Of a DNA stretch of 64,000 nucleotides, positions 40,828-54,626 are shown piece by piece. Each line of letters opens with the position of its first letter. Within the stretch, counting starts at the first letter, position 1. Below the pieces are notes generated by a model. That model was given only the letters and a program-made list of their open reading frames with translations. It searched no databases and was not told the origin of the DNA. The DNA is taken from NCBI GenBank assembly GCA_965219085.1, contig OZ244720.1:224001-288000 (forward strand). The letters run 5' to 3'. Origin of the DNA: Dehalococcoidia bacterium. GTDB taxonomy: Bacteria; Chloroflexota; Dehalococcoidia; UBA2979. The position numbers and the translations under genes are program-made.

Positions 40828-42444
40828 CTATTCTGGGTCGGCCGCCTCCTGCGCGTCGGCGAGCTCGGCCTGTGCCTGCTGCATCGCGGCGGCGATCGCC
40901 GTGAGCGGCGGCGCGTCGTCGCGGCGCGAGCCGGCCTGCCGGCCACCGCCGCTGCCACGCGAGCCCTCGCGCGCCTTGCGGCGGGCATCCAGCTCCTCGC
41001 GGCGCTGCGCGTAGCGCTCATCGGTGGCAGCGGACTCCTCCGGGAAGGCCTCGCGCGCCTCGTCGGGCACCTGGACCACGCGACCCTGGTCGTCGAACTG
41101 CCACCCGAGGATCTCCGCCTGCGACCGCGCCTCGCGCAGCGACAGACCGAGCCGGTGCCGATCCTGCTCGATGCGCACGATCTTGAGCGGCAGCACGTCA
41201 CCCTCGGAGAGCACTTCCTCCGGGTGGTTGATGCGCCGGTCGACGATCTCCGAGACGTGCGCGAGCCCCTCGACGGGTCCCGGCAGCCGTGTGAAGGCGC
41301 CGAAGGCGACGAGCTTGGTGACCACGCCCGGCACGACGTCGCCGACGTGGTACTGGGAGATGAGGTCCTGCCACTGCTCGGGGGCCGCCCGGCGGATGGA
41401 CAGCGCGATCTTCTTGTTCTCGCGGTCTACGCGCATCACGAAGACGTCGATCTCCTGCCCGACCTTGAACAGCTCCTCCGGGTCGTTGTTGCGGTCCCAG
41501 GACAGCTCGGAGAGGTGTGCGAGGCCGTCCGCGCCGCCGAGGTCGACGAAGACCCCGAAGTTGCGGATCGACGTGATCTTGCCGCTGCGGATCTCGCCTT
41601 CGGTGAGCTCCTCCAGGAGGCGCTCCTTCTGGGCGGCGCGCCACTCCTGCATGGCCGCGCGCTCGGAGAGGATGGCGCGGTTGCGGCGCCGGTTGATCTC
41701 GATCACCTTCATGCGGAGGCTGCGGCCCACCATCTCCGACAGCGGGTTCGCGCCCTCGGTGCCGGGCTTGGCGCCCACCACCTGCGACATGGGGATGAAG
41801 GCGTTCACGCCCTCGACGTTCGCGAGCAGGCCGCCCTTGTTGAAGCCCGTGATCTCCGCGTCGAAGATCTCACCGCTCTCGAAGCGCTCTTGCAGCACGC
41901 GCCAGCCCTGCTCGCCGCGCGCGCGGTCGATTGAGAGCAGCACCTGGCCCTCTTCGGTCTCCGGCTGCAGCACGTACACGAGCAGCTTGTCGCCGATGTG
42001 GATGCGCGACAGCGGGTCCGCGCCCATCGAGTGCATCTCATGCGTCGGCACGACGCCTTCGGACTTGGAGCCGATGTCGACGAGGTCGACAAGCACGCCC
42101 TCGCGCTCAACCCCCATCACCAGACCTTCGACGACCTCACCGCGGCGCAGTTGCCGTGGCTCGGGGGCGTCGCCGGACGCGAGGAGCTCGGCCATGTCGA
42201 CGATCTCGGGCTCGGCGCCGGCCGGCGCGGGCGCCTCGGGCTCGGCGACCGCCGTGGCGGCCGGCGCGGGCGCCTCGGGCTCGGCGACCGCCGTGGCGGC
42301 CGGCGCGGACGCGTCGGGCTCGGCGACGGCCGGCGTGGGCGCCTCGGGAGCGGGCGGCGGAGCTTCGGTGGGTGGTGACTCGGGAGCGTCGGGCGCGACG
42401 CTGGTTGGCGGTTCGGTCTGCTCGGACGTGGGCGATGTGGTCAA
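40828..42444 (-). CDS. rpsA: 30S ribosomal protein S1 with Ala/Pro-rich N-terminal extension (start uncertain)
   Basis: Four S1 repeats (DIGSKSEG, NKGGL, FGVFVDLGG.DGL.H.SELSW, FGAF...VEGL.HVSE); TTG at 42444 with GGAGG upstream. Confidence 0.9.
   Translation of the reverse strand: MTTSPTSEQTEPPTSVAPDAPESPPTEAPPPAPEAPTPAVAEPDASAPAATAVAEPEAPAPAATAVAEPEAPAPAGAEPEIVDMAELLASGDAPEPRQLRRGEVVEGLVMGVEREGVLVDLVDIGSKSEGVVPTHEMHSMGADPLSRIHIGDKLLVYVLQPETEEGQVLLSIDRARGEQGWRVLQERFESGEIFDAEITGFNKGGLLANVEGVNAFIPMSQVVGAKPGTEGANPLSEMVGRSLRMKVIEINRRRNRAILSERAAMQEWRAAQKERLLEELTEGEIRSGKITSIRNFGVFVDLGGADGLAHLSELSWDRNNDPEELFKVGQEIDVFVMRVDRENKKIALSIRRAAPEQWQDLISQYHVGDVVPGVVTKLVAFGAFTRLPGPVEGLAHVSEIVDRRINHPEEVLSEGDVLPLKIVRIEQDRHRLGLSLREARSQAEILGWQFDDQGRVVQVPDEAREAFPEESAATDERYAQRREELDARRKAREGSRGSGGGRQAGSRRDDAPPLTAIAAAMQQAQAELADAQEAADPE
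42220..42328. repeat. 39-bp coding tandem repeat in the rpsA N-terminus
   Basis: ggccggcgcgggcgcctcgggctcggcgaccgccgtggc x2 plus a degenerate third copy; encodes ATAVAEPEAPAPA. Confidence 0.85.
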
Positions 42445-42585
42445 ACTACCTGGGCCTCCCATGCTTGGTTTCGCGCCGTGACCCGCGAAGGCCACGGCGA
42501 CGCGCGGATCATACCACGCGCGCGCGGACGGTCTTGCCGGCGCGGTGCGGGGTGCGACCCGAGGCGTGAGGGGGTCCGGGATCAC

Positions 42586-42614
42586 GCAGGCCGGCCCTGG
42601 TGAGGCCGGCCTGC
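42586..42614 (-). terminator. Hairpin downstream of 5S rRNA
   Basis: 11-bp stem GCAGGCCGGCC/GGCCGGCCTGC; no U-tract. Confidence 0.5.
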
Positions 42615-42627
42615 TGTGTAGCCGTAG

Positions 42628-42746
42628 TCCTGGCGGTGGCCTATTTTCCGCGCCCAGTTGCCCGGGGAGTATCGTCAGCGCTGCGGCGTTTCACTTCCGT
42701 GTTCGGGATGGGAACGGGTGGTTCCACCGCGCTCTAACCACCAGGA
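42628..42746 (-). rRNA. rrf: 5S ribosomal RNA
   Basis: Minus strand TCCTGGTGG...CCCATCCCGAACACGGAAGTGAAA...CCGCCAGGA. Confidence 0.96.
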
Positions 42747-42843
42747 CTGCCCACTATCGAGCCTCGGCGTGGGAGCCGCAAGCGCCCCGGCCGCCCCTCG
42801 GTTCCTCGAGGCGGTGCGGGTGTGGCTGGAGCCGGGAGCGGGG

Positions 42844-42927
42844 CGCTCTGCCGTAGCCCAGCTGCCGTCGCCGCTCTGCCGTCGCCCAGCTGCTGTCGCC
42901 GCTCTGCCGTCGCCCAGTTGCCGTCAC
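42844..42927. repeat. 28-bp tandem repeat x3 between tRNA-fMet and 5S rRNA
   Basis: cgctctgccgtcgcccagctgccgtcgc consensus at 42844, 42872 and 42900. Confidence 0.85.
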
Positions 42928-42941
42928 CAGGCGGGGGACGC

Positions 42942-42969
42942 AAAACGGGCGGAGCAGGTGCTCCGCCCG
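42942..42969 (-). terminator. Intrinsic terminator after tRNA-fMet
   Basis: Minus strand CGGGCGGAGC-ACCT-GCTCCGCCCG-TTTT. Confidence 0.75.
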
Positions 42970-42979
42970 GTCATTGTTT

Positions 42980-43054
42980 TGGTAGCGGGAGAGGGATTCG
43001 AACCCCCGACCTTCGGGTTATGAGCCCGATGAGCTACCGCTGCTCCATCCCGCG
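42980..43054 (-). tRNA. tRNA-fMet (CAT), initiator
   Basis: CGCGGGA...TCGGG-CTCATAA-CCCGA...ACCA; unpaired 1:72 and three G-C pairs in the anticodon stem. Confidence 0.95.
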
Positions 43055-43067
43055 TCGCTGTGCAGCC

Positions 43068-43076
43068 AGTATAGCA
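43068..43076 (-). promoter_or_regulatory. Extended -10 promoter for tRNA-fMet
   Basis: TGcTATACT 13 nt upstream of the tRNA 5' end. Confidence 0.6.
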
Positions 43077-43203
43077 CGGGTGGCTGCCCGCCCGGGTGCC
43101 CCGGTGGGGGCGTACCGGCGCCTGCACACGGAAGAACGCACGAGCGATGTTGGCTACAAGGTTGAAGTACGGCGGCGAGGGATCACGGATGTGCCTGATG
43201 AAG

Positions 43204-46139
<2,936 letters not shown>

Positions 46140-46412
46140 CTTCGTCAGGCACTCCCGCGATCGTTGTGCCACCGTACCCGCCCGGAACCTCGATGGCCCC
46201 GCGCCGGCCGGCGGCTTCCCGCTCGCCGTTGTACTCCAACTGTGTTTTGTAGCTTGTATTTTCGCTCGTGCGCTCTTCCGTTGTGAAGGTGCCGGTACGG
46301 GAGCGGCATGCTCCCGCCGAGGACGCTGCCGGCGGCTGACGCCGCGGGCTGCGTATCCCACTGATGTGGTGTGGCCCGGCCCTGCCGGCAGCCAGCGTGG
46401 CCAGCAGCCAGT

Positions 46413-46488
46413 TGGTGGAGCCGGGGGGACTCGAACCCCCGACTTCCGCCTTGCAAAGGCGGCGCTCTCCCAGCTGAGCTACGGCCCC
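46413..46488 (-). tRNA. tRNA-Ala (TGC)
   Basis: GGGGCCGTAGCTCAGCTGGG...TTGCAA...CCACCA in the 16S-23S spacer. Confidence 0.96.
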
Positions 46489-46540
46489 ACGCCGGTACGA
46501 CCCGGGGGACCGCCGCTGGCGGCTCCTGGCCGTTGGGTGC

Positions 46541-46617
46541 TGGTGGGCCATCCTGGACTCGAACCAGGGACCTCAGTCTTATCAGGACTGCGCTCTAACC
46601 AACTGAGCTAATGGCCC
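46541..46617 (-). tRNA. tRNA-Ile (GAT)
   Basis: GGGCCATTAGCTCAGTTGG...CAGTC-CTGATAA-GACTG...CCACCA. Confidence 0.96.
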
Positions 46618-46913
46618 GGCGCTGCCCGGAGACCGTCGCCCCGCTGGCCCCGAGGACTGATCCTGAGGACTCGTACGGAGCGACGGAGGGGGCGGGCACA
46701 TCAACCGTTGGATAGCAGTCAGAAGCGGCGCGCCGATTCCACGCGCGGTGCGCATCACCAACTCCGGTCACTGGGGCGCGCACGACCCCGTACTCCGGCA
46801 GCCTCGAGCAACGCTCGGGGCGTTCGGAGCGACCGGCAGCTGATCGACCTGGGTACTGTACCGGGCCCGACCGCACACCGTGCGGACAGACAACTTCCGG
46901 CAGAGGTATCCCT

Positions 46914-48402
<1,489 letters not shown>

Positions 48403-48648
48403 ATTCGCTTCAGTGAAACATGGTTCCGTGGAAGCTTGGCCCGCCCCCGCCGGGTCTGCGTTTCCGCATACCCGCCGAGCACCGGCCAGAGAGTCGTCCT
48501 ATGCACTGCGCACCCGGCTCACAACCGCACGCCCACGAGGGGCGCCGGCGTTGCCAGGCGCAGGTCATGACGGGAATCTCTGTTCCCGCTTCTGGCTGCT
48601 ATCCAAGTGTTAATGTGCCTCAGCCGCCCTCGGGCAGGCCGTCGGATG

Positions 48649-48676
48649 ATCGTACCCCAGCATTCTCGTGCGTCAA
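48649..48676 (-). promoter_or_regulatory. sigma70-type rRNA promoter
   Basis: TTGACG-N16-TACGAT; boxA-like GCACATTAACAC follows near 48607-48618, with a second (GCACCTTCACAA) at 46281-46292. Confidence 0.7.
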
Positions 48677-48741
48677 GGCCTATATCCCGCTTTCTACACG
48701 AACCCGAGCCGAAAACCCTTGGAAATTCAAGCAAAACAGGG

Positions 48742-49815
48742 TTATGTAGCTCGTGGGGCTCGACCACCCCCACCCTCGATCGTCAACGCGTCATCATCGG
48801 TCCGCGCGGTTCCGCCCCGCAGATCGAGGTGGGCGCCGCGCCGCGCCGCGACTGCGAGGAGGCGTTCGGCCTGCTCCGCCGTCACCGAAACGCCCACGGC
48901 CGCGGCAGCGCGCCGCACCAGCCGCAGACCTACCGCTTCCGGCAGCGCCGTCAGCGCGCGACGCTCGATGCGTGCCGTTCGACCCTCCACCCTCAGCAGC
49001 GCGGCCGCCTCGCGCTCCGACCACGCCTCGAGCGCCTCGCCGTCACGGCGGGCGTGCCCGGCGAAGCGCGCGAGCGCGGCGGCGGCCTCGGGATTGAGCG
49101 ACCGCAGTTCGGGCATCACGCGGTGGCGCACGCGGTTACGGCTGTACGCGATCTCATCGTTCGAGGGGTCGTGGCGCGGCGCGAGCCCCGCGCCGGCGAG
49201 CCCCAGCGCGTCGAGGTAATCGACCACCTCAACGCGCGTGACGCCGAGCAGCGGGCGCAGCAGCCGCAGCGGCGCGTTGCCCCCGGCCGCCTCGCACGCG
49301 ACGGGCCAGGGGGCGTCGAGCGCCATCCCCGCGGCCCCTCCAAGGCCGCTGCCGCGCGTGAGGCGTAGCAGCACGGTCTCGGCCTGGTCGTCGAGCGTGT
49401 GCCCCGTGACGCAGGCAGACGCGCCGGCCGCGCGCGCGGCCGGCGCGAGCCAGCGGTAGCGCGCCTCGCGGGCGTCTGCTTCGGCGGCACTCCCGCCGCC
49501 GGGGGCGGCGCCGCCACCGCTCACGACGCGCACGCCGAGGCAGCCTGCCAGCGTCTCGACGTACGAGCGGTCGGCGTCGGTCTCGACCTCCGGACGCGTC
49601 CCATGATTGAAGTGTGCTGCGACGGCGTGTCCTCCGGCCTGCGCAGCGACGCGCGCGACAGCGACCAGCGCAGCGGTCGAGTCCGGCCCACCGGAGCACG
49701 CCACGAGCAGCGTCGAGCCGCTCGCGAGGTGCTCCCCGAGCTGGTGTGCGACGCGGCGCTCGAACGCCGATGTCACGCGGTTGCGGCGGAGGGGCGATTC
49801 CGGCCGGGCGCTCAT
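48742..49815 (-). CDS. tilS: tRNA(Ile)-lysidine synthetase
   Basis: SGGPDS PP-loop, HFNHG.R, AR.ARY, GHTLDDQAETVL, DPSN...RNRVR. Confidence 0.92.
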   Translation of the reverse strand: MSARPESPLRRNRVTSAFERRVAHQLGEHLASGSTLLVACSGGPDSTAALVAVARVAAQAGGHAVAAHFNHGTRPEVETDADRSYVETLAGCLGVRVVSGGGAAPGGGSAAEADAREARYRWLAPAARAAGASACVTGHTLDDQAETVLLRLTRGSGLGGAAGMALDAPWPVACEAAGGNAPLRLLRPLLGVTRVEVVDYLDALGLAGAGLAPRHDPSNDEIAYSRNRVRHRVMPELRSLNPEAAAALARFAGHARRDGEALEAWSEREAAALLRVEGRTARIERRALTALPEAVGLRLVRRAAAAVGVSVTAEQAERLLAVAARRGAHLDLRGGTARTDDDALTIEGGGGRAPRAT

Positions 49816-49916
49816 ACGCGCAGCGTAGCGCAGCCCCGCCGCGTCAGCGGCATCAGCGAGGAACAAGCGCGTCAGCGCCCGGGTCAGCGCCCACTCATCT
49901 CCCACTCATCGTCCAC

Positions 49917-50333
49917 CTATCGTCCGAACAGCGCCTCCCACCAGCGCTCGCCCGGCTCGCGGTCCGGGACGCCGGCGCCGAGCGGCTGCGCGTCGGTGGT
50001 GTGGTCTTCGACGATGACCGCGGTCTCGCCGGGCCGCACCAGGCCAAACCGGCTGCGACCGACCGCCTCGATGTACTCGTCGGATGCGAGGTATTCGCGC
50101 AGGCCCTCAAGCTCGGCGATCTGCTGCTGGAGCCGGGCGACCTCTTGCTCGACCTCGCGCTGCTGTTCGGCCAGGCGATGTTGCTGGCGTGCGGTCTGCA
50201 CGCCAGCGTACGCGAACAGGACGAGCAGCAGCGCGGCGATCGCGATCACCATCTGCAAGGGGCCGAAGGCCGGGAGGCGCAGGCTGGGGAGAGTGGGCAC
50301 GTCCGTCCTCGAGAGTGCCCCGCCGCGTTCCAC
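49917..50333 (-). CDS. Septum formation initiator (FtsB/DivIC family)
   Basis: TM helix, coiled coil, YIE..GR..FGLVRPGE. Confidence 0.8.
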   Translation of the reverse strand: MERGGALSRTDVPTLPSLRLPAFGPLQMVIAIAALLLVLFAYAGVQTARQQHRLAEQQREVEQEVARLQQQIAELEGLREYLASDEYIEAVGRSRFGLVRPGETAVIVEDHTTDAQPLGAGVPDREPGERWWEALFGR

Positions 50334-50366
50334 CGTAGCAGCGCCGCGCGGCGCCTACAATCGGCT

Positions 50367-51014
50367 TCAGGCGGGCCCCTCGCCGGGCAGGTGGCACTGC
50401 TCGTTCAGCCCAACAACGGCCCACCTCGAGGGCCCACCGTCGCTCCCGGGCCGGCGCTCCACGACCGACAGCGAGGCGAGACCGAGCTGGAACCGGCGCT
50501 GCGCGGCCATCGAGACGCCGAGCGCGTGCGTGAGCAGCGACTTCAGCGCCATGTTGTGCGAGACGACGACGACATCGGCCTCGCCGTGCCGCTCGCCCGC
50601 CTCATCCAGCGCTTCGAGCATGCGCACCCGCGCCTCGCCCATCGACTCGCCACCGGGGAAGCGCAGGTCGGCGAAGCGCTCGTCGCGCCACTGCTCGAGG
50701 AAGTCCGCGAAGTGCTCGCGGATCTCGTCGAACGCCATGCCGTCGAGTTCGCCGTGGTCGACCTCGTGCAGGCGCTCGTCGATAACCGGCTCGAGGCCGT
50801 ACGCCTCGGCGATGGGGGCGGCAGTGCTCCGCGCGCGCGACGCCGGGCTGACGTACAGCGCGACCGGCCGGTACGGCGCGATCGAGGTGGGAACGGTGGC
50901 CGCCTGCCGGTGCCCGCGCTCGGTGAGCTGGTTGTCGATACGGCCCTGCGTCTGGCCGGCGGCGTTGCCGGCCGCCTCGGCGTGTCGCAGCAGCAGGAAG
51001 CGCGTCACTGCCAT
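50367..51014 (-). CDS. Histidine phosphatase (PGM-like) family protein
   Basis: LLRHAE, LT.RG..QA, SP..RA..TA, E.D.G..DG, PGGES, VSH; start 51014 or GTG 51008. Confidence 0.85.
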   Translation of the reverse strand: MAVTRFLLLRHAEAAGNAAGQTQGRIDNQLTERGHRQAATVPTSIAPYRPVALYVSPASRARSTAAPIAEAYGLEPVIDERLHEVDHGELDGMAFDEIREHFADFLEQWRDERFADLRFPGGESMGEARVRMLEALDEAGERHGEADVVVVSHNMALKSLLTHALGVSMAAQRRFQLGLASLSVVERRPGSDGGPSRWAVVGLNEQCHLPGEGPA

Positions 51015-51661
51015 GTCAGCTCCAGGAACGTCCGCACGACGGGATGGCTGCGGACCTCCTCGGCGGTCGCGGGGAGCGAGCCGGGAGCGACGTCCGCGCC
51101 GTAGAAGCCAGCGAACCACAGGATGAGGTTCTCGTGCCAGTAGACAAACCCATTCGGCGGCTCGCAACCCTCGAGGAGCGGCCGCACGCGGAAGTCCCCG
51201 CCGACAGCCCAGTCGGCCTTGAACGCGTCGCGGTCGGCGTAGATCCACAGCACCCAGACGGCGTGCTGCTTGTCCAGCCCAACGCCCGGGCCAGTGAACA
51301 CGATCGGCTCGGCCGAGGCGCCCGGGCATACGGGCTCGAACTCGTCCGAGAACGCCAACCCCGGCGCCGGCAGCGCCGATTCGAAATCCTCGAGGGAATA
51401 GGGATCCCCATCGACGACCATCGTGCCGGCAGTTCCCGGAGCACGAGCCGGTGTTGGAGTCGGCGTCGCCGTTGCTGGCGCGGCAGGTGTCGCGCTGGGC
51501 GTCGCAGGAGGCTGGGTTGACGTGGTGATGGCCCGAGTCGTCGCGGTCGCCGTAGGCGTCGCGGCCGGCTCCGTGTCGTCCGAGTCGCCGCCGACGCAGC
51601 CGAGGACGGACACGCTGACCAGCGCCAACAACGCGACGGCGCCCACCGCCAGCCGCCTCAC
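51005..51661 (-). CDS. Putative lipoprotein with Thr/Pro linker and unknown C-terminal domain
   Basis: Signal peptide with VLG-C lipobox; paralogous to the next gene. Confidence 0.75.
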   Translation of the reverse strand: MRRLAVGAVALLALVSVSVLGCVGGDSDDTEPAATPTATATTRAITTSTQPPATPSATPAAPATATPTPTPARAPGTAGTMVVDGDPYSLEDFESALPAPGLAFSDEFEPVCPGASAEPIVFTGPGVGLDKQHAVWVLWIYADRDAFKADWAVGGDFRVRPLLEGCEPPNGFVYWHENLILWFAGFYGADVAPGSLPATAEEVRSHPVVRTFLELTWQ

Positions 51662-51686
51662 GGCAGTGGCTCCGCGAAGCGCGTCG

Positions 51687-52367
51687 TCACGGCCTCAGTC
51701 CCAGGAATGCCTGGATCACGGGATGCTCGCGCACCTCGGACCGCTCGTCGGGCGGCGACGCAGGGTCAACCTCGGAACCGTAGAACCCGACGAACCACAG
51801 CAGCAGGTGCCGGTTCCAGTAGACGAACCCGTTCGGCGGCTCGCAACCGGCGAGGAGCGGCTCGACACGGCGCTGCGCGTTGATGGTCCACTCTCCATCG
51901 AACGCGTCCCGATCGGGATAGGGCCAGAACACCCAGACCGCGAACCGATCGCCATCCTCGAAGTCCGGCCCGGCGAACACGACCGGCTCGACCGAGGCGC
52001 CGGGGCACGCGGGCTCGTACGCGTTCGTCAGGGCCAGTCCGGGCCCCGGCAGCGCCGCCGCGAGTTGCAGGAACGAGCTGGGGAGGAGCCGGTCCGCGGA
52101 CGTCGGCGCCGTGAGGGTCGGGGTTGCCGTGACCGGGGACGTGGTCGGGGCAGGGCTCGCGGTCGCGGTTGGCGTCGCCGTCGGGGCGGCCGGCGTTGCC
52201 GTCGGAGCCACCGGCGTGGCCGTTGCCGTCGCGGGGGCAGCCGCGGTAGGGGTAGAGGTCGCGGTCGACACCACCACCGGATCTTCGTCGTCTTCGCCAC
52301 GGCCATAGAGTGCGAGCGCGGCGAGGATGACCAGGACCGCCACGGCCGTCACGGCCAGGCGCCTCAC
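51687..52367 (-). CDS. Secreted or membrane-anchored paralog of the preceding lipoprotein
   Basis: Shares CPGAS.EP.VF, VWV.W.Y.DRDAF, GCEPPNGFVYW, LWF.GFYG. Confidence 0.75.
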   Translation of the reverse strand: MRRLAVTAVAVLVILAALALYGRGEDDEDPVVVSTATSTPTAAAPATATATPVAPTATPAAPTATPTATASPAPTTSPVTATPTLTAPTSADRLLPSSFLQLAAALPGPGLALTNAYEPACPGASVEPVVFAGPDFEDGDRFAVWVFWPYPDRDAFDGEWTINAQRRVEPLLAGCEPPNGFVYWNRHLLLWFVGFYGSEVDPASPPDERSEVREHPVIQAFLGLRP

Positions 52368-53080
52368 GGGAGCGGCTCCTCGAACTCCTCGTCGAACACC
52401 AACATGGACTGCGTGCGCGGCGGTTCGCCCAGTCGCAGGCCGGTGCGGCGGCGCTCGCGTGGCGCGGCGCGCTCGCCCAGCGCGTCGAGCACCGACAGCG
52501 GGCGGCCGTTCAGCCCCTCGCGGGACTCAAGGTGCATGGTCACCACGACGCGCCCCGGCTCGGTGCGCACATCGAGGTCACGGACGGTGGCGCGCAGGTC
52601 GTAGACGCGCGTCTTCTGGCCGCGCTGGTCCTCCCACTCCAGCTCGTGCGTCGCGAGTAGCCCATCGACGCGCCATTGCAGTTCGGCGGCGTCGACGTCG
52701 TCGCGGTCGAAGACGAGCTCGTACGTCGCCGAGGTGATCGCCGACTGCAGCGAGGGCTCCTCGTGCGCGACCTCCTCGACGGCGACGACCGAGAGACCAT
52801 CGGGCAGCTCCCCGCGAAGCTGCTCGACGACCTCGATCGGCGCCACCGGGGTCGACATCCACGTGTCGAGCAGCTCCGCGTCACCCTCGAAGCCGACGGC
52901 GAGCGGTGCGCCGAGGGCGAGGCGAGCGTGGGGCGAGAAGCCCTGCGTGTAGGCGAGCGGCAGCCGGGCGCGGCGCAGCGCGCGCTCCCACGTGCGCATG
53001 AGGTCGAGGTGCCCCACGTAGCGCAGGGCGTCCGCCTTGCGGTACGTCACGCGCAACCGTTGCGGCCGTTCGTCAGTCAT
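52364..53080 (-). CDS. DUF2344 radical SAM-linked protein
   Basis: Y.K...LRY.GHLDL.R.WERALRRA.LP.AY.QGF.PH...L...L.VG. Confidence 0.88.
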   Translation of the reverse strand: MTDERPQRLRVTYRKADALRYVGHLDLMRTWERALRRARLPLAYTQGFSPHARLALGAPLAVGFEGDAELLDTWMSTPVAPIEVVEQLRGELPDGLSVVAVEEVAHEEPSLQSAITSATYELVFDRDDVDAAELQWRVDGLLATHELEWEDQRGQKTRVYDLRATVRDLDVRTEPGRVVVTMHLESREGLNGRPLSVLDALGERAAPRERRRTGLRLGEPPRTQSMLVFDEEFEEPLP

Positions 53081-53136
53081 CGTCGATCGAGTGTAGCGCT
53101 ATCGGCGGGCCCGCCGTCGCGGGGCCCAGTGCGGGA

Positions 53137-54105
53137 TCAGGCTCCGCCGCCGTTACCCCACCCCGCTCGCACTGCCGCCAGCAACGCACCAGCCGCCGAA
53201 CGGGGATCGCGGCGGCGGGCCGCCACTTCGTCGATGAGGTCACTGAGCACGCCCACGCCTCCCGCAGCCTCCAGCGTCTCGCGCTGCATCGCCGCGCGGG
53301 CGAGCGAGACGATCTGCTCGCGCACGTGGTCGCGGCGCTCGTCTTCGGCGTGCTCCGAGGCGCGGAGGTGTTCCTGGTGGTCGTCGATCGCCGCGACGAG
53401 CTCCTCGAGTCCCTCACTATCGCGGGCGACGCACTTGAGGATCGGTGGCCTCCAGGCGCGGTCGGGGGCGATCGCGAGCAGGCCACGCAGCTGGCCGACG
53501 GCCGTGTCGGCGCCGGCGAGGTCGGACTTGTTCACGACCATCACCTGCGCGACCTCCATCAGGCCGGCCTTCATCGTCTGCACGTCGTCGCCGCCGGCCG
53601 GCATCGTCACCAGCACAGTCGTCTGTGTCGCCGCCGCGACCTCGACCTCGTCCTGGCCCGCGCCGACGGTCTCGACGATCACCACGTCGTAGCCCGCGGC
53701 GTCCATCATGTCGACGACGCCCGACGCGGTTTCCGCGAGGCCGCCGAGGCTGCCCCTCGACGCCATCGAGCGCAGGAACACGCCCGAGTCCGATGTCAGG
53801 TCCTGCATGCGGATGCGGTCACCGAGGATGGCGCCGTGCGAGAACGGCGAGGATGGGTCGACGGCGACGATGCCGACTGTGCGGCCAAGCGCGCGCTCGG
53901 CGCGCGCCAATCCACCTACCAGCGTCGACTTGCCGACGCCGGCCGAGCCGGTCACGCCGATGGTCTGCGCGCGGCCGGTGCGTGGGTAGAGCGAGGCGAG
54001 GACGGTGCGGCCGGTCTCCGTGTCGGCCTCGACGTGCGTGATGGTGCGTGACAGCGCCCGGCGATCACCCGCGAGGACGCGTTCGGCAAGCTCGCTCGCG
54101 TCCAC
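53137..54105 (-). CDS. meaB: Methylmalonyl-CoA mutase-associated GTPase
   Basis: GVTGSAGVGKST, AVDPSSPF..GAILGDRIRM, ETVGAGQ, NKSD. Confidence 0.93.
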   Translation of the reverse strand: MDASELAERVLAGDRRALSRTITHVEADTETGRTVLASLYPRTGRAQTIGVTGSAGVGKSTLVGGLARAERALGRTVGIVAVDPSSPFSHGAILGDRIRMQDLTSDSGVFLRSMASRGSLGGLAETASGVVDMMDAAGYDVVIVETVGAGQDEVEVAAATQTTVLVTMPAGGDDVQTMKAGLMEVAQVMVVNKSDLAGADTAVGQLRGLLAIAPDRAWRPPILKCVARDSEGLEELVAAIDDHQEHLRASEHAEDERRDHVREQIVSLARAAMQRETLEAAGGVGVLSDLIDEVAARRRDPRSAAGALLAAVRAGWGNGGGA

Positions 54106-54122
54106 GGGCGCAGCGCTCGCCG

Positions 54123-54533
54123 CTAGGTCGCGTACGTCGGCGCGTGCTCGCGGACGAACTCGATGATGTCCTGCGTGTTCGTGCCCGGTCCGAAGACGCC
54201 CTGGAAGCCCATCTCCTGCACCGCGGGGATGTCGGCCTCGGGGATGATGCCGCCGCAGAACAGCAGCACGTCGCTCACCTCGCGCTCCTCGAGCGCTGCG
54301 ATGACGCGCGGGAACAGTTCGAGGTGCGCGCCGGACAGGATCGACAACCCGACGACCTGCGCGTCCTCCTGGAGCGCGGCCTCGGCGATCATGTCGGGCG
54401 TCTGGCGGATGCCGGTGTAGATGACCTCCATGCCGGCGTCGCGCAGCGCCCGTGCGACGACCTTGGCGCCACGGTCGTGGCCATCGAGGCCAGGCTTCGC
54501 GATCAGCACGCGAATGGATCGGTCGTCGGCCAT
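54123..54533 (-). CDS. Methylmalonyl-CoA mutase small (cobalamin-binding) subunit
   Basis: [13 protein letters not shown] (DxHxxG), SILSGAH, GGIIP. Confidence 0.95.
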   Translation of the reverse strand: MADDRSIRVLIAKPGLDGHDRGAKVVARALRDAGMEVIYTGIRQTPDMIAEAALQEDAQVVGLSILSGAHLELFPRVIAALEEREVSDVLLFCGGIIPEADIPAVQEMGFQGVFGPGTNTQDIIEFVREHAPTYAT

Positions 54534-54626
54534 GGGGAGCCTCCTCGTTGTGCTGCTCGCGGCGTTGCCGCACGCGAGTCTAGCCAGCCTCGCGCTGCTG
54601 CGCGAGGGTTCATTGCCGTTCTCGTA

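Noticed and set aside
42844-42927. 28-bp repeats as a mini CRISPR array
   Set aside because: Copies are directly adjacent with no unique spacers, and no cas genes are present
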